DNA of 64,000 nt, from positions 4,898,001 through 4,962,000 of the forward strand of contig JAYWIR010000001.1 in assembly GCA_036172245.1 (NCBI GenBank). The letters run 5' to 3'. The DNA is from Raillietiella orientalis. Taxonomy: Eukaryota. Shown here piece by piece: positions 1 through 14,479 of the stretch (position 1 is the stretch's first letter; each line of letters begins with the position of its first letter). The position numbers and the translations under genes are program-made. The notes beneath the pieces are model-generated. The model had not been told where the DNA came from. It did no database searches and worked only from the letters and a program-made list of their open reading frames with translations.

Positions 1-489
1 AACTGTGGTTCCCCTTGCAGAAATCATTTTGCTCTCTTCCTCGAGGGAAATCAGTTTGGCAGGTTCCAGGCAGGAAATTTCCTTCATCCTTAGCAGAGCC
101 TCCTGTTTTCTGACTCTGCGTCCGTCGAGCAGCCTGGAATCCTCCCGCTTCTGAGGAAGTCGATTGCTGCTCTCCTCCGGCATACACCTGGAGTGCGTCC
201 GGAACACCCATAAGATCACCTAGCTCTTTGCCCTTAGAGAGGAGACAGGCGAAGCTTTGTGTGACTCAGGAAGGCTCGGAGACGCAGGAAGTGCCCACTC
301 TGCACTGGAAGGGGGAAGGATGGAGCCAATGGATAAGAAAAGAGCGGTGAGAGGCACCACCCTCAACAGAGACCTTCCAGAGAGACACTTCCTCGAGGCG
401 ATGCTGCAACTGATGGAAAAGAACGCACTCGAGCTCAGCTTTCTTTTTGTCCTTCCACATCCTACAGCGTGAGCCAAGGAGATCATCAG

Positions 490-2620
490 GAAGGTGCTAC
501 TCTTGAGGCTGGTGTCTCTCTTTCGTTCCAATAGGGAGTCCATCATTGATAGGCAGCACTTTGGAGGAAGATTCAGTGACTGCCTCTTTACCCTCCAGCC
601 TTACGGAGAGCTTATTATTCCACGAAGGAGCAGAAGAAAAGAGGAGATTTGCGCCCACACCATCGAAAGGAGCGTTGCGGATAGGAAGGGACTTCTCCAC
701 CTAGATGAAACAGCGAAAAGGATGTCAGGAGGCACTGGAGGAGAAGAGCACACAGCATTTGCAAAAGAATGAGCAGAGGCATTCCCTCCCCGGTCCTCCG
801 AGGGAACGGACAAAGGAGTCACTCCTGGAAGAAAGCGGAGGAGGAGGAGGAGTTTCGGTTGTCCTTTGGTGATGTGGGAAGACAGATGACACCTAGGACG
901 ACACGGAAAGATAGCCCGTGCTCTCACCTTGCTGCTTGAGCACCGATCGCCCGAGGCTGCCAATTTCACCTTCATCATCCTATTATCTGACCGGACTTTC
1001 TGTCTTCGAGTTTGTGTTAAGCTGAATAATTAATTCTCTGATGCTTTGACGGCAACTCAGGAGGTCACAGACCACTCTATGGATTATCTCACAGAACTGT
1101 GACCCGAGTGATCTTCTCGAACATACTCCTGATCTTTAGAATGCGCTGGTAATGTGTCAGGGTTGAAACTGATGATCAGTTCTTTCGGACTTCTCGGCGC
1201 CGCTGTTACTACCATGTTTAATGGCATCTTCGAGTCTGCTGCCGAGACACCAAACGATAATGAGGAGAGTGGTGGTAACCATAAGCATTTCTCTTTTTTG
1301 CATAGTATATCAAGGCTTGCAGGCGTTTTTTAGAGGACGGTCCTTTCTTATGGCTGAAGCAGATGCCATCTCCATGGCTACGATGATGAGGCCAGTGACT
1401 GCTGCCTTCCATTCATCCTTCTTGAAGGCAGTAAAAGCCCTTGATGTTTTTCTGAAGTCCTATGCATCCACCAAACTGAATGCATAAGAAGATCCTCTTC
1501 ATCATACACTAGGTGCATCCTAACGGACCACATGAAACGGGAAGCAATCCGTCTGTGATCCGTTTTAGCAAAATGGGCCTCGGCTCACACTTGAATTAGT
1601 TTGCCAGACTGATCCGCTTAACAAAGGTTGAAAGCCTTGGCAACACACCGGAGCTAAATTACATAACCGAGTGACATCGGTCACCAGGGCAGCCTCAACA
1701 TTTTCGAAGCCTTCATCTGAGCTTCCTAGCTACGGATTCGCTTCGCTACCGGATGGCGAATTCGCCAATGAGATAAGGAAGGCATTCCTCTGAGCAGTTC
1801 CTGGAGATCACGTGATTCCTTGGATGATCTAGAAAGTCTTTCTTCGCCTTCTCGAGCTTATTTAGCTATTCTCATTTTGGAATAGCAGCCTTAGCTCCAA
1901 AAGACTGCTTCGCGTTCTTCTCTACGATTCCTACAGTAGCAAGGATCGCTAGCAGCTTCTGAATTATACCAAAGAAATGGAGCTTGACCGATTGGGGTGG
2001 CATTTCTTGAAGCTCTTACCGCTTCCCTCTCTACTCCCTCTACATGATGAATCGATGCAAGGACATCCGTTTCTATAGAGTTCTTGCTTCGACTCCTTCA
2101 ACTTCCATAGCCTTCCCACAAAGGTTACCTGTGATTTCTGCTACATGTCTCTCTGCATCGAGTCTGGAGGCTACATAACTTATAGAACGAAAGCTTAGAG
2201 CACGCAGAAATCCCTGTATTTTCTTTCAGGGGGAAATCTAAGCAGTCCACGCTGCAACTGTACTCTGGGCTTGCTTCAAGCAATCTTTATATGAGGAACC
2301 CGATATTTCTTGCCTGTGATCTCATCCGATTGCACACAGCGATGCAGTGATCAGTACCAGATTTCAGCTCCACTACTCTCTTTTATTAGGTCCAATACAT
2401 CTTTGAGAACGAATTTTCTACCCTTTCCAAGTAATGCGTCAACCTCCTTCTAAGAAAAGAGTGCATTCTTGTAGTCCTGGTGAGATGGAAATACCTTCCA
2501 TTCCAAGGGTGGTTTGGTTGAATCGTTCAGCAGTATTTGCTCGCATTACTGATGGAACACGAGACAAAGGAACAGCCTTGTGAGATGTTCAGCATGAAGC
2601 TAACTGCAAGCAATCTTCTC
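490..2620 (+). mobile_element. Decayed RLE-clade (NeSL/Utopia-like) non-LTR retrotransposon, RT through thumb
   Basis: Collinear degenerate motifs across stops and frameshifts: LFRSNRESIIDRQHFGG (~520); ISLFCIVYQGLQAFFRGRSFLMAEADAISMATMMRPVTAAFHSSFLK (within ORF 1221-1487; cf. RPISL..YK..LA.RL..IS..Q.GF.P..GC.EH.FL); TDPLNKG*KPW (cf. RGV.QG.PLS); SLTDW (cf. L.PWQK); LPTKVTCDFCYMSLCIESGGY (~2115-2175; cf. LP..A..Y..GGLG); RDKG (cf. PDQGK). Confidence 0.75.
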
Positions 2621-3299
2621 GTTTCTTTCTTAGTCATTTAGCTCGCCTCCCAATCTTTAGTTTGCTTCCCTGCTTTTCCCTTTCTCCGTTTCTTTATCGC
2701 AGTGGTTTGGCGTAGCTCACCATGGGGCTCAAAGAGAGTCTCTTGGCGAGAGTTCCCAAGGAGATGGAAAGCCTCGTTTCTGTTTTGCGGCCGCTGGTTC
2801 TCCAGAGCTTACGTGTCAACACGCTGATAGCACACCAAGAAATACGTAAAGCGGTAAAGGGATGATACTGGAAGCATTTTTCCTCTTTGAAAACATGGAG
2901 AAAATTCCAGCCGCCGAGACACCGCTCCCTTGAAGGAGAATCGTCTCAAATGCAATCCGCGAATTAGCTTCCCGATTTCATTTTTCACTTTGTATTGATG
3001 TGTGATCATTCCGCGATAATTGGTTCGAGGAGCATCCTCTATGCAACGGAAATGAAGATTTGACGACTAGGACAGCTCAGTGGCATCCAACCTGACTCCA
3101 GTGTTTGCCATCCTTCCATGGGTTCATTTTACCAGTTTCGGTATCAGCTGACCTTTCTTCTTAAGTAAAGAATTCTTTTTCCTTGAGCGTACTATCCCAA
3201 CTGTCTCCTTCGAAACGGCGTCATTTCCCTTTGGGAACACGCGCGGGAAGTCTACACATCCCTTTCCTCGTGTATCTGTACTCTTCATAATTATTTAAT

Positions 3300-5650
3300 G
3301 ATTTAGGAGTGAGTCTCAAAAAGTGTTATCCAGAAGATTCCTGCACTGCCACGACTGCGAGTTTCTCGCGGATTCCATGCGACATCTTAGGTTCCTGCTG
3401 ATCCTCAAATCTTAAGTCACGTTCCCGTTGCAATGCAATGCAATCACAAAAATAGTTGCCTCTGTATTCCCCGAAAGAATCTCTCGCTTTTACGCATGAA
3501 TTCATTATGGGAAATTCACTTTTGCTTTCCTCTCTTCTAGCTGGGGAAGCATCTGAGAATTCGCTTTCGCGTAAAACAAAACGTCTTCGAGGGTGATAAA
3601 TGGGGTGATTTAGTTGGGGGCAACTCAACAGTTCCGCTTACTATGAATTTCGGCTTACATCAGCTGATCCATACTTATAAATAGTAATCTGACGTTTTAA
3701 TTTTTAAAGCACTCGTGCTGCAGTACAACCGAACTGCTGTTAAATATATAACGAAGCCTGATGATGAGAGGAGCAAGCCTTCTGTACAGCTCAATGCCTA
3801 AAGGGAACAGATAAAGTACCCAGTGAGATTTGGTTTCAAAGCGCAATTTGGTCCTACATTCTGCATGTATCCTCGAGGCAATTTACACGCAATTTATAAT
3901 TCATTTATGGAGAAACATTCCTTTGAGCCTTCATGTGCAAATAGGAGCGGTGCTGGCTCTACGTTACGATCCCTAGCTGACCGACGATCACAGGACTTTA
4001 TGGAAATACGATAACGAGATTCGTTCATCTGAGAATTTCATTTGGTGAACCTCTTCCGGTGCGTGCTTGGGACGACGACAAACAGATGGGTTAGGTTTCC
4101 ACAATAATCTAAAGATCCTGCACTAGATTCAGGTAGCAAACGTGATTGGCGGAAAGCCTTTTTGTCTGGACCGTTCCCTCGGACGGAGGGGTAATGAGAA
4201 GAAATGGAGAAGAATATTTTTCTCCGGGACCTCGGGTCGAAAAGAGACATTTTCCAAATTGTGTAATCGGAAGCTAACATTCCCTGAGGATTCTCAATCA
4301 GTACTTTCCGCTATTGTTTTGAATCGCAAGAGACTTGCTCAAAACAAAATGTATTACAGCACAGGAATTCGCTGATGGGGAGCATTACGGGAATCCATAC
4401 CAAAGTTACGAAATGTGAATGCTTCTGGATTCTGGATGGGATCCTGATCTCGCGCCGCGATTATTGAAATCGACACCGAGCAGGAGAATTAAATTCCTTT
4501 TGCAAAGATGGGTCCAGGAGAAGGCGACGCTTTGCTAATGCGTCTTTCAGAAGAACTGCCGTGCTTTAGATGAAAAATCATATGCCTTCACTTGAAGCGC
4601 CCTTTGCGACTGCTACGCATTTCATCGGAGCCACCATTCCTTCTCCTCAGCAGCCACCTCTGGAACGGATGAGGATTCTGCATTCTCCTCGCGATAGGCA
4701 AAACGGAAATTCGCACGATCACATGCATTCAGCTCGTCAGGAGAAATAAATCAGTTGAAAGAAGGACCAACTTTTCTTTAGAAACAGATTCTCTACCGCT
4801 CAATAAGAATGAATCATTGAAAAATCATTTTCAGTCGTTTCGGGCAGCAGAAGGTCCACCATGCGTCTTCCTCGATCAAACCGGGAATACCAAATGCCAT
4901 CAACACACTTCCATAACCGTTTGGAAACATTCAGTTTTGGAAGGGAGGAGAGCATTTCTTTTCTATTCTCACTCTGTGGGGAAATCAAGTTTGAATTTCG
5001 TGGTATTCGGTTGCGTCTCAAGCCGTCGTCAAAGTACGAATCGTCAACTTCATGTAGCATACCACTAGCGAAGTACCAAACCCGACGGAGTGGTCATCTT
5101 TCCTTTAGTGTTTTTTCGCTCTTCCAGAAGTTCATCTCCGAAGTGAAGCCTTCCTTGGGAAAGCTTTCTTTCAAAGATGCCTTTGGAAAGAAACGTCTTC
5201 CTCAACCACATTGCAAGGCTCTATTTGAGGCCACAGCCAGTGCCAAATCATTAGCCTATCTCAAATCCTCCACCCATCTTTTTCGGAAGCAATCCAGCAC
5301 GTGCTTAAAAATCTTCTCCCTTTTTCCAGCGTCTCCAGAATGGAGTGGTGCTCAACAGTTTCGGTCCGACACCTCGCCTGAATCGCTTCCTGAGACCACA
5401 ATCGTTCAGTCTTCCCACTCTTTCGCGGCAAGAACGCCAGGAGTGCAGCTGCCAGCAGGAGGGTCCCGTCTGAGCGACCTTCCTGCCATCGCTTTCCCAT
5501 GCTCAGGAAAAGGAACCGCTGCGTTCTTCCCGGAAGGCGACTTCCCTCGTGACTCCCGGAGCGCGGAACTCGCCGTGGCAGACGCGTGCGTCCGCCATCG
5601 CCGCGTGTTCCACCACCATCAGCAGCACCTCCTACCGAAACCTACGCCAC
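3300..5650 (-). mobile_element. Decayed RLE-clade non-LTR retrotransposon (possible N-terminal ZnF, RT)
   Basis: Minus strand: Cys/His relic near 5600; EMLSSLPKLNVSKRLWKCVDGIWY (cf. EV..L..APG.DGI.Y, ~4880-4960); VLLKDALAKRRLLLDPSLQKEFNS (cf. L.DA..R.L..LDL.NAF.S, ~4490-4560); KKAFRQSRLLP (cf. GV.QG.PLSP, ~4130-4165). Confidence 0.65.
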
Positions 5651-6149
5651 GGCGCGTTTCCCTCTGATTCATTTCCTAGCAGCTTTCAGATGGTCGCCAG
5701 GGCATCTTGAGAAAGAAGGGAAAGCGGTGAAAAGAGCCGGAGAGCCTGCTTGATCGCGAAAGTCTTTGTGTGCTCGGAGTGGCACGGACGGGGGAATCCC
5801 AGAGGCGAGGGAGAACTTTGCAGCCACTTAGGAGCCGCAGGTCGAGTGCGCCCGGAAGCGGGGAAAAGGACACGCTGAAAGCCAAAGCCGCTCGGTCAGA
5901 AAGGAGCCACGCATTCTGGCTGGATGAAGCGTCCGTCCGGTCCTCACCACGCACGTCACAGAGTGAGGATTTTTGGCCACGCGTTGCAGTGGCGGTCGCC
6001 AAATAGCACATTCCCCTCCGGTCGAATTAAATGAATACAATCCCCCCATCATGCTTAGCCAATTGCTTGCATGACAAACGCGAGTACATTACATTAGGAA
6101 ACGCGTGACCAAACACAGCGTTCGTGGGTTCCGCTTGGATGCGTTCGTA

Positions 6150-8100
6150 TTTAGCTAGCTTCCATAGCGTGATGCTCATCTGTCATTATCTCTCCGTTAC
6201 GAGATTTGTATACTACCAAAGAACCTTCCTGCGATCCCACAGGTAATTGGGGCCACTAATTGAGAAGTTAATTGTGATGGACTTGTTATTTGCATCAAAA
6301 GTGAAGCTCGCAAGTAGGTCGTAGTTAGGCGGACAAAAACAGCACCCATGCATTTATCAACAGCGAAAGAACCGCCTCTTCGAATGCCTCTGCGATGTCC
6401 TCGTTGAATTAGGACACTGACATCCATGTGATGCCTTGTGAAAACTATGGGAATTCTTCATTTTTTTTTTTTTTTAAGAAACGTGACGACTGCGCACATC
6501 ATTCTGCACTTTCCTTTGATTTTAGATGCCCGTAGAATGGACCCGTTTCCAATGCGAAAACTTTTAATAACTCTGATGGCGTCTGCTGTTATATTAAAAA
6601 AAGAAAAAAACATTTAGTCTTAGGAAGACTTAGGAGAGATTCTTATCCCATGAAATAAAGAGCGGAACCTATAGCTTCGGGCAAAAAAAAAAAAAAAGGA
6701 CATTTCAAAATAATCAGTATGAGATAATCTGCAGATGTTGAAGATGTGCTGTTTTGCATGTAACATATGTTTAAATATGGCGCGCGAAAGCAATATATGT
6801 AGTAAGGCAGTGATACTTTCTACAGTATCGGAGGGACTCAGATGTCGGAGAGCGCACGGATTCCGCCCACTCGGATGGATTCTGTTCTTCTGGGCCACTA
6901 AACGTGCGGTTCATTCCCCCTTCATGCAAGAAACGGAACCGAAGTGCGCTGTTAGAGCAGCACCACGAGCTGTGCGAACGGGAAGAGTCTTCAAATGAAT
7001 GATGACGAGTGCTGCTCGGTAGCATGTGGCAACACTCTTTCTGTGGTGGTTGCGTGAAGCGTCGGGACACAGAGCATTTGAGGGGGGGGGAGGACGAAGG
7101 GGAAAAAAAAAAAGAAAAAAAAAAAAAAACTCCTTACAGTTCCTTTCGCATTTAAGAGAATTCGATTCCGGCAGGAAGACCAGTTTTGTCTCCTGGTGAA
7201 AGAGACGAGTCTCCACAGGTATCATCACTCGTAAGATTAATGTACAAGTGATTTTTCAAGCAGTTTCAAAGGATGAGTCAGCTTCGACTCGCGATTGCAC
7301 GTGGGTGCAAAAACGTAGTTTGATTGCACACGTTGCCGTTGGCTTCCAGAAAAACACAGGAAAAAAAAAAAAAAAAAAAAAAACAAATCAACCTACATCC
7401 ACCTGGTGATTCACTGCAGGAGCAGGAGTCCGCAGGCATCCTGCCACGGTTCACAACAGGAATCTGTTGCGACGGAAGGTGATGAACGTACTGAGCTGAA
7501 CCGTCATCCTCCGCGGCCCTTGATGATGTTTGGTGGTGCGGCAGGTGGCGTTTTTCTTGCCAGCCTCCTCGATGCTCGAGGCTCGCCTGATGAATTGGTG
7601 AACTAGAGGCAGCGGAAGCTGCAAAGCCTCCACCTCTTTCCCGGACTGCGTTGCCTCCGCAAACGGGATTCTGTGTAGACGGCGCAATTATCGCTCCGCA
7701 CCGTGTGCGAAGAGAGATGAAATCTGTTCTTGGGCTTGCCGAAATCTCCGCATGAAGAACAGGCAGGAACACGCTGAAATCCACACCACTGCCACGTATT
7801 TAGCACGCACTGTGCTTTGGGAAGGTGCTTTTTCGGAGGAGTTCTGACGTTCCCACGGAGTACGGAGATCTGTTTGCCTCAGCGACGCTTGAACAAACTT
7901 CGTGGCCCTGCGTGACCCATCATCCCGAAAGCTTCCCAACGTCGGTTTGGTATTTCGAAATCTTCTCCACGGATCGGGCGGCGGTCCCCTTGCCTCAAAA
8001 TCCAGGCGCGGTGTCGAAGAACCTGCTTAGCAGGTGGAACGCGCGAAACCCGGTCGAGGGGGGATCAGCCAAACCAACGGCAAGCATCCGGTCTCCCTCC
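6150..8100 (-). mobile_element. Interrupted non-LTR RT fragments (N-terminal RT domains)
   Basis: LIQRGHRRGIRRGGSFAVDKCMGAVFVRLTT...ITSPSQL...ITCG (6197-6427; spacing of LI.KG..RPI.L..YK..RL..S..Q..GC); PEEQNPSEWAES (~6860); weak domain-0-like segment at 7450-7690. Broken by homopolymer-rich spacers. Confidence 0.45.
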
Positions 8101-8379
8101 AGGAGAACCGTGCCTGAGGGAGCTACGATCCGCATCATTTCCTCTGCAGAAACCCATCAGAAAAACGCTGCTGAGCGTTTGTTTGCCATTCGATTGGTTA
8201 ATTACTCTCGGTGGACGAACAGCCTGACCCGCTCTTGATCCAAAGACTTGAAGGCTTGATCAGAACCTGGCACTTTTTTGCTTCCGGTTGCCGGGAAAGC
8301 GGGAAAGCCGTAGATTTCTATGACGTGCCGTGCCGTTCGAAGAGACCAGCAAAGGCAGCAGAAGCAGAGAGACCTAATG

Positions 8380-10350
8380 TGCTTTAAAGGATTTCATCCC
8401 CGTTGAGAATTCATCAAGCGTTGATCCCGAAACGCACTTAATAGAAGGAGCGGGATAGGACAGAAATGTCATTTTCGAAATTAAAATCAGGATCCAAATA
8501 AATCTCAGGAGATTTCTGGTTATAAATTTGTATCTTAGCTGGTTTGCTTTGAGATAAAGCTGTTGCAATTAATTTGAATACGCCCTTACATTTTAATTCT
8601 CTTCCGGGACTTTCCTTTTCAGTCTCTTAACGACGCATCGTGACATTTTTGTTTTCCAGATAAGTTCTATTTATCTCTCTTAATGAACTGCCTTCCTCGC
8701 GTTTGTAGGCTGCGGAGAAGAGCAGGGAGTTGGAAGCCTGCTCCTCCTCTTTCGGGAGAGCAGATAGCGAGGGCTGGGGATTCTGTTTTGCGGAACGACC
8801 GAATCGCTCACGAATGCCGGAATCCTTACGCTGGGAAGAGCCACGGTGGCTCGGAAGACTCACGGATGGGCAGCTGAGACCTCTTGCGAAGCAGAGGGAA
8901 AGCCTTTGGACGAGCAGCCATCTTTTGGAGCTCACCTACCGTGCTGAAGTCTCCACTTGGACCCATATGGAGGAACGGGGAAGCATCGCCAACCAGTTGG
9001 CTAACAAGGGTGACTCAGCGGTATCACATGTTGGCAAATGTCTTGGGGTCTGGAATCGCTTCCCCGCAGCAACCAGTAACCTGCTTCTCACGAAACAATC
9101 CAGCGGGGATGCCGCAAGCAGGTTGCTCTTTGGGTAGTTCTTAGTCAGCAACCTGTTTCTGGAAAATAGCAGCCTCCGAGGCAGAGGTTTTAGAAGGGAG
9201 GCGTTTCGAAAGCTTGAGAAGCCTCCTGAAGAATTCGCGCTGGGACTCTCTCCCTAGATTGGTTCCAGCAGCAAGTTCCAGGATACTTTTGCGAAGGCTG
9301 CTTCACCGTTCAGAGAGGTCAGGCAGAGGCGTGGTTGCAGGAAAGCAGCCTTCCGTTGAGAAGAAAGCAAATAGCTTGCCTGCGTTCGATTAGCACTTGT
9401 GGAACTACTTAGTGAGGTGATTGATCCGCTGAGGGATTGCTTTACCGTTGCTTTCCCTTCTCAGAAACGAGCTTCGACCATGGGAGAATGCAAACAGTGT
9501 CTCAACCGTCGAGTCGTGCAAGGCACAGTCTCCAAGTTCACGAAGAGGTTGGTGGTGACTTGCTTTCCGATGGACCCGAAACTCGTCGGACATTCGGTCC
9601 TGAATAAGGTGGTGAAATCAAGGATGAAATTTTGTCTGTGGCTTCGAAATTCCATTGGGTTGATCTTCTATGAAAACAAAAGCACCATCAGCAGCAGAAC
9701 TTCAGTCATATCTTCTATCCATCATTCTACGCCGCTGTGTGTGCGTTTGGAAAATCGAAGGTTGCCTTGCCTAGCCATGGCCTATAGAAAGTGATGCACA
9801 AGTAGTGACTCAGCTTCGGATGAAGACTGATGACTTTGATGGTTTCTCTGTACTCTTGGGATTTATTGCCACGCATCTCTCCAGAAGTCAAAGAATCGAA
9901 ACGACGTGTTCCCTGAATTAGAGTCTTGGTTTTAAGATGGGATGAATTTCAGCTTGAATATTCGCATGAAGAGATGGAAGGGAATCCTTCCGTCTTTTGA
10001 CGGCATGCAGTTTTGTTCCCTACACTGAACTAAGGATGCAGAAATTCTGTCTTCCACGGATCCCAATCTAGGAACGTTTCGTGCCGGGAAATTCAGTTTT
10101 CTCTTTAGATGAAAATTGCTGAACTGAAACTGCCTCCAGCTAGCTCCTTGTTCTGTGGTCACTTGTTCCGCAAACCTGATGGACACAACTCTGTTTTACA
10201 CGCTACAAGCTTTACAAAGATTTCGTATGACCAGAAAATCCCATGCCTCGAACCACCTGGCTTTTCTGGTTACGAAACGCATTCGGAACACATCTGAAGC
10301 ACATTTCCTTTTGCACTGCCAAGAATATTTAAATAACATAATCCATCATC
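8380..10350 (-). mobile_element. Decayed RLE-clade non-LTR retrotransposon RT and thumb
   Basis: HRKASHHQPLRELGDCALHDSTVETLF...IPQRI (9405-9593); TKNYPKSNLLAASPLDCF, HLPTCDTAES and WVQVETSAR (8936-9151) at RT4, RT5 and RT6 spacing; FLSYPAPSIKCVSGSTLDE (thumb, ~8410-8470). Confidence 0.5.
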
Positions 10351-11099
10351 TACCGTATTATGCAAATCGTGCAAAATCCTCCTTAGGGAAAACCGGCGTT
10401 CTTTTTTTCTTTATAAGAAAAAAATGCAAAAGATTTCCCTCCGGTCGCATGATGCGCTGGTCAATGAGAGATAAGGTCAGGAAATCAGGAAATCATCACG
10501 GCATGTTGCATTCGTACTCAAGCCTGGAAAAGCTTTGCATGCAGCTTTGCAGCCGCCATGTTGCCTCTCCACGCCTTTTTGGAAGCCTTCAATTTGCGTT
10601 TCGAAGTTTTGAAAGCATGGCTCTTTCACGGATAGGTTTCTGGACAAGTGTCAGCTCTGAGATTCGGGAAGAGGGGCACGAAGGATAGCACCGACCTACC
10701 ATAAATATCTGCGCTTGCTGCTGAACACATGCAGTAGACGCCGCCGTACTCCCACAGCAAAGTACAACCACCCTTCGTCCAAATACCCAGCATGCTCTTT
10801 TTTTTTTTCGAAAAATTCACGGTTATCTTGGTGTTTTCCATTCTTCTAAGCTGCTGAAACTGCCAAAAAATGCGTTTTTTTTTTTTTTTTTTTTTTTTTA
10901 TAATCAAGTCTCATTTTCCTCCAGTGGTCTGTCTTTTTCATAAGGTGGTCACAACTGGGACATCTCAATGCTGACGAAATCACTGTTCATGTTTTTTTTT
11001 TTTTTTTTTTGGCAGCGAAGTTGACGATAAATCCCTTTTGCTCATGTTTCCAATGTTTTTTTTTTTGGTTTGTTTCAAGAAGATTCAAGAAGAAAGCAG

Positions 11100-12100
11100 A
11101 GATAGCACAGAAGAAAACGTTTACAGCAAAATATTCAGCAACCACCGGTCAGTTTTGCTTCTATAACATATCGATGGCGCGGCAGCCGATCCTTGACTTT
11201 CGCTGAAGTTTGATTGAAAGAAATTTTCTGGAAAGGATTCGAATGGCGTACGACCATTACTCTTCTGGAGTCTCGTCTGGAGATGTCTTGGACGCTGACG
11301 TTCACACCACGCGCTTTCATGAGAGGTGACGGTGATTCAAGTGAAAACCTTAAAGCCTCTCCAAGTGCATCTGAAGCTTTATCCATGAGAAGAAAAAATT
11401 CCAAATATCCACTATAGCTGTCTTTGCTGCTTGGAGTCCTTTCTCACCACCTGCTTTGAAGTAGCATTACAGCAAGCATTATAGAAGAGCTCTGGAGTAG
11501 AGTAGCTCTCGTACCATCTTTCTGATGCAACGATTACCTAATATCATTTCACCTGCCATTAGCATATGAAGGGAACATAGTGTGCAAAGCCTTTGCAAAG
11601 ATGAGACTTCCCTGTGATCCACCTGGGAAGATTCGTGACTGGAGGTGGAGGAGGAACACCTTGCCTGCCTCACGGCTCTGTGAAGAAGGTAGCACGGAAC
11701 GGAATGCAGCCGTCACAGTTTTTAAACATCGATTTGCATATCGAAGAAAGCACGAAGGGCAACTGGTTCCGGCAAGTTGTCGAAATATTTTTCCGAGACT
11801 CTACACCTTGCGAGTGTGAGCACGGAAACGTCAAAGGTCAAAGCTTTGAAGAAAGGAAGGTCAGCAGCATGCAATGCGAGGCGATGGGTTTTCAGTATTG
11901 CGAACGAGATGAGGGGAGGAAAGGGGGGGGGGGGATTCTGAACCTTTTGGGTTAATTGGGAACTTCTGTTCTCCGAGATGGCATCGTTGCGACTTCGAGG
12001 ACCGAATATCCGAAAGTGAATTTTCAGAATGTGATTCTGAGAGTTCACATCGAAACCGCAATAAGAGTGAATTGGTACAATCGAATGGATTCCTTGGCTC
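11100..12100 (-). mobile_element. Decayed R2-like non-LTR RT fragment
   Basis: DHREVSSLQRLC...GNRCIRKMVRE (RT1-2); LMDKASDALG...LMKARGVNVSVQDI (RT3); VRHSNPFQKISFNQ (cf. GV.QG.PLSP.LFN) in ORF 11135-11404. Confidence 0.6.
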
Positions 12101-14479
12101 GAATTGCATGAGGTCAGCGCGTGAAGGATTCGGCACTCTCGAGGTAAGCGGAAGAATGAACGTGTCCTCGTGTAGTGCCGAAGCTTCCAGGGGAGTTAGA
12201 ATGGACGGATGGAAGTTAGAATCGCGCTCCTGTTGAAGAGGGACATCTGAAAAACGCTTCCCTGCTTCGGTACTGTAAATACGAGTAAGAAGACTTCCGT
12301 GATGATTATTCAGAGCATGCAAACAAAGAAGAATTAGGAGAGAATGCGGCGCCTGCATGAAACCTCGACTGATCTGCTCCTTTGAAACTGGGCTGTTACC
12401 AAGTCCCAAAGAGTGCATCTGTTTCAGAAGCAACGGGCATCAGAAATAGGAAGATGGAAAGCGATCTTGAGGCGAGAATCAAATCAGAAAGAAGCTTTTT
12501 TCGACTCACTGAGGGCTGTTCTTGCGAAGGTGCTGAAAGCATTCCCAGGGTTACTGCACAAAGATGCCGATGGAAATGCAGATGAGCGTGCTCGATTCGT
12601 GTTTGGAGGACGCTTTGAAAATGATGCAAACGAGAATGATTTGCGGAGTCCGTGTCCCTAATGCTCAAGAGAAAAGATTGTCGGGATGAAAGAGACACGC
12701 CGTCGCAAACATCCTGCCATCTTTATGCTTCTAACTGATGCTTTTGCGTTTCATCACGTGGCTGCTTCAGCTCTCCGTTCATCCGTTTCTATTCTTATGC
12801 ATTATCTCTCTAGTTTGGTTAACTCAGGATGAGAACAGCTGGCATCCATATCAGAGCCTGCTGATCGGATCGCATCAGTGATCACGCACTTGAAATGCAT
12901 CACTGATACTTTTGAAGAGCGTCGCGGGCTCCCTGGTAGCTAGGCAACAGAATTGAAGCCACTGACATTTATCCTTCCGTGTGTTCATACTAATGCGAAC
13001 CCCCCCCCCCTTCCCCCCCCCTATTTCTTTTGTTGGTACAATCTGCCAAACCCTTTGCTTTTGAAATGGAAGCTTCTTCAGAATGGGAGCGAAAGAACAC
13101 TTCCGCGCGAGCGGCGCACCTTTACCCAGACTGCCTCATTCGTGTTTCCCGAATGCACTTCCGGAAGTTCCTGACAATATGCACTCCAGTTGCAAAACGC
13201 GCCGGTCTGTCACAACTGCTCCTGTCCGCTTTTTTTCATCCATCAGCCTCCTATTCTTCATTATTACTACCACTATTCTTTCTTCTCCTTTCTTACTTAA
13301 TGGAATTAGCTTGATGCATGGCGCCCAACGCTCCGAGCTACGCGCCGCGCATACCGAGCACATGCTGTTGCTTTAATTATTTATTATATTTAGTGAGAAC
13401 CGGATCATGAAGGCAGTTAAGTAGGATGCAGGGGGGACCAGCAGAATTTGACTCTGTTTCCCGGTAGCTATCGATTCAAAATACATTGAGATCTACGATA
13501 AGAGCTGACGGACCGGCGAGCGCGAGCACTGGGGTCTCAGATGGAAACAACACACATCCAGGTGCCCTAAATGATTGTCTTGATCCTTGAGTTGATTTCA
13601 GTAGGAACTGTGGAACGAATACACGTATACATATATGTACTCGCGTACGTACGTTTGCGTGAAGGCGAGTATCGCAAAACAATACGCTGTATGTATTGAG
13701 AAGTGTGTGCAAGAAAAATGAACGAAAACACACACACACAGAATCATAAAGACTGTTCCGATGCATCTAATCGCGTTGGCAACGTCCTCTTCCCGCTCAC
13801 ATTTGCATCAGCGCATTTTGGCTTCTGTGGTGACGTGCCTTAATCAACCTTCCGAACTCATTTATTGAAGTGACAGCACAAGCTACCTAGCAGGAAGGAC
13901 TTCCCATCTGCTGCCCTTGTTTCTGGGTCCACCTTGCCTGCAGAGCACAAAGGTGCCGTGAGAGTTCATTACGGCGGGCAGTTCATCGTAGCCGGCGGAG
14001 GAAAAAAAATGGATGGTTAATTATAGGAGAGCCGCTTTTTTTCTTTTTTGATCCACACAGCAGTAATCCTCTCTGTCCCAATGAAGCAGATTAATGGAGC
14101 CTGTTTGCGCGTGACGCGTGCGTTCGCAGGGCGTTTCGCTTTCTTGCAGAGATGATCGGAAAGCCAGCTGAGCCTTCCTCCGGTCCCTAGGAAAAAATTC
14201 GCCTACTTCGAAGAGTAAGAGCAGGAGGTCAACTGTTTACGGATCTTTGGGGATATCTGCTTTTTGGTGGCGAATTCTGATGCGGAAATCTTGAAGAGGC
14301 GAGAAAGAGAAATCTCCTGCGTGCCGGAAAATTCCGCACAGGCGAGCCGATGGTTCGGACTGCACGAGGTCAGCACGTGAAGAATTCGGCATTCTGGAAG
14401 AGCAAAAGGTGTCCTCGTATGGTGCTGGCGCTTCCAGGGGGGATTACAGAATTTCGCTCCTGCTGGAGATGAAAACGCT

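Noticed and set aside
1200-1520. DIRS-like RT on the minus strand (YAFSLVDA, LSFGVSAA)
   Set aside because: The plus strand gives a much longer, correctly spaced non-LTR RT motif series, and no tyrosine recombinase or RNase H was seen.
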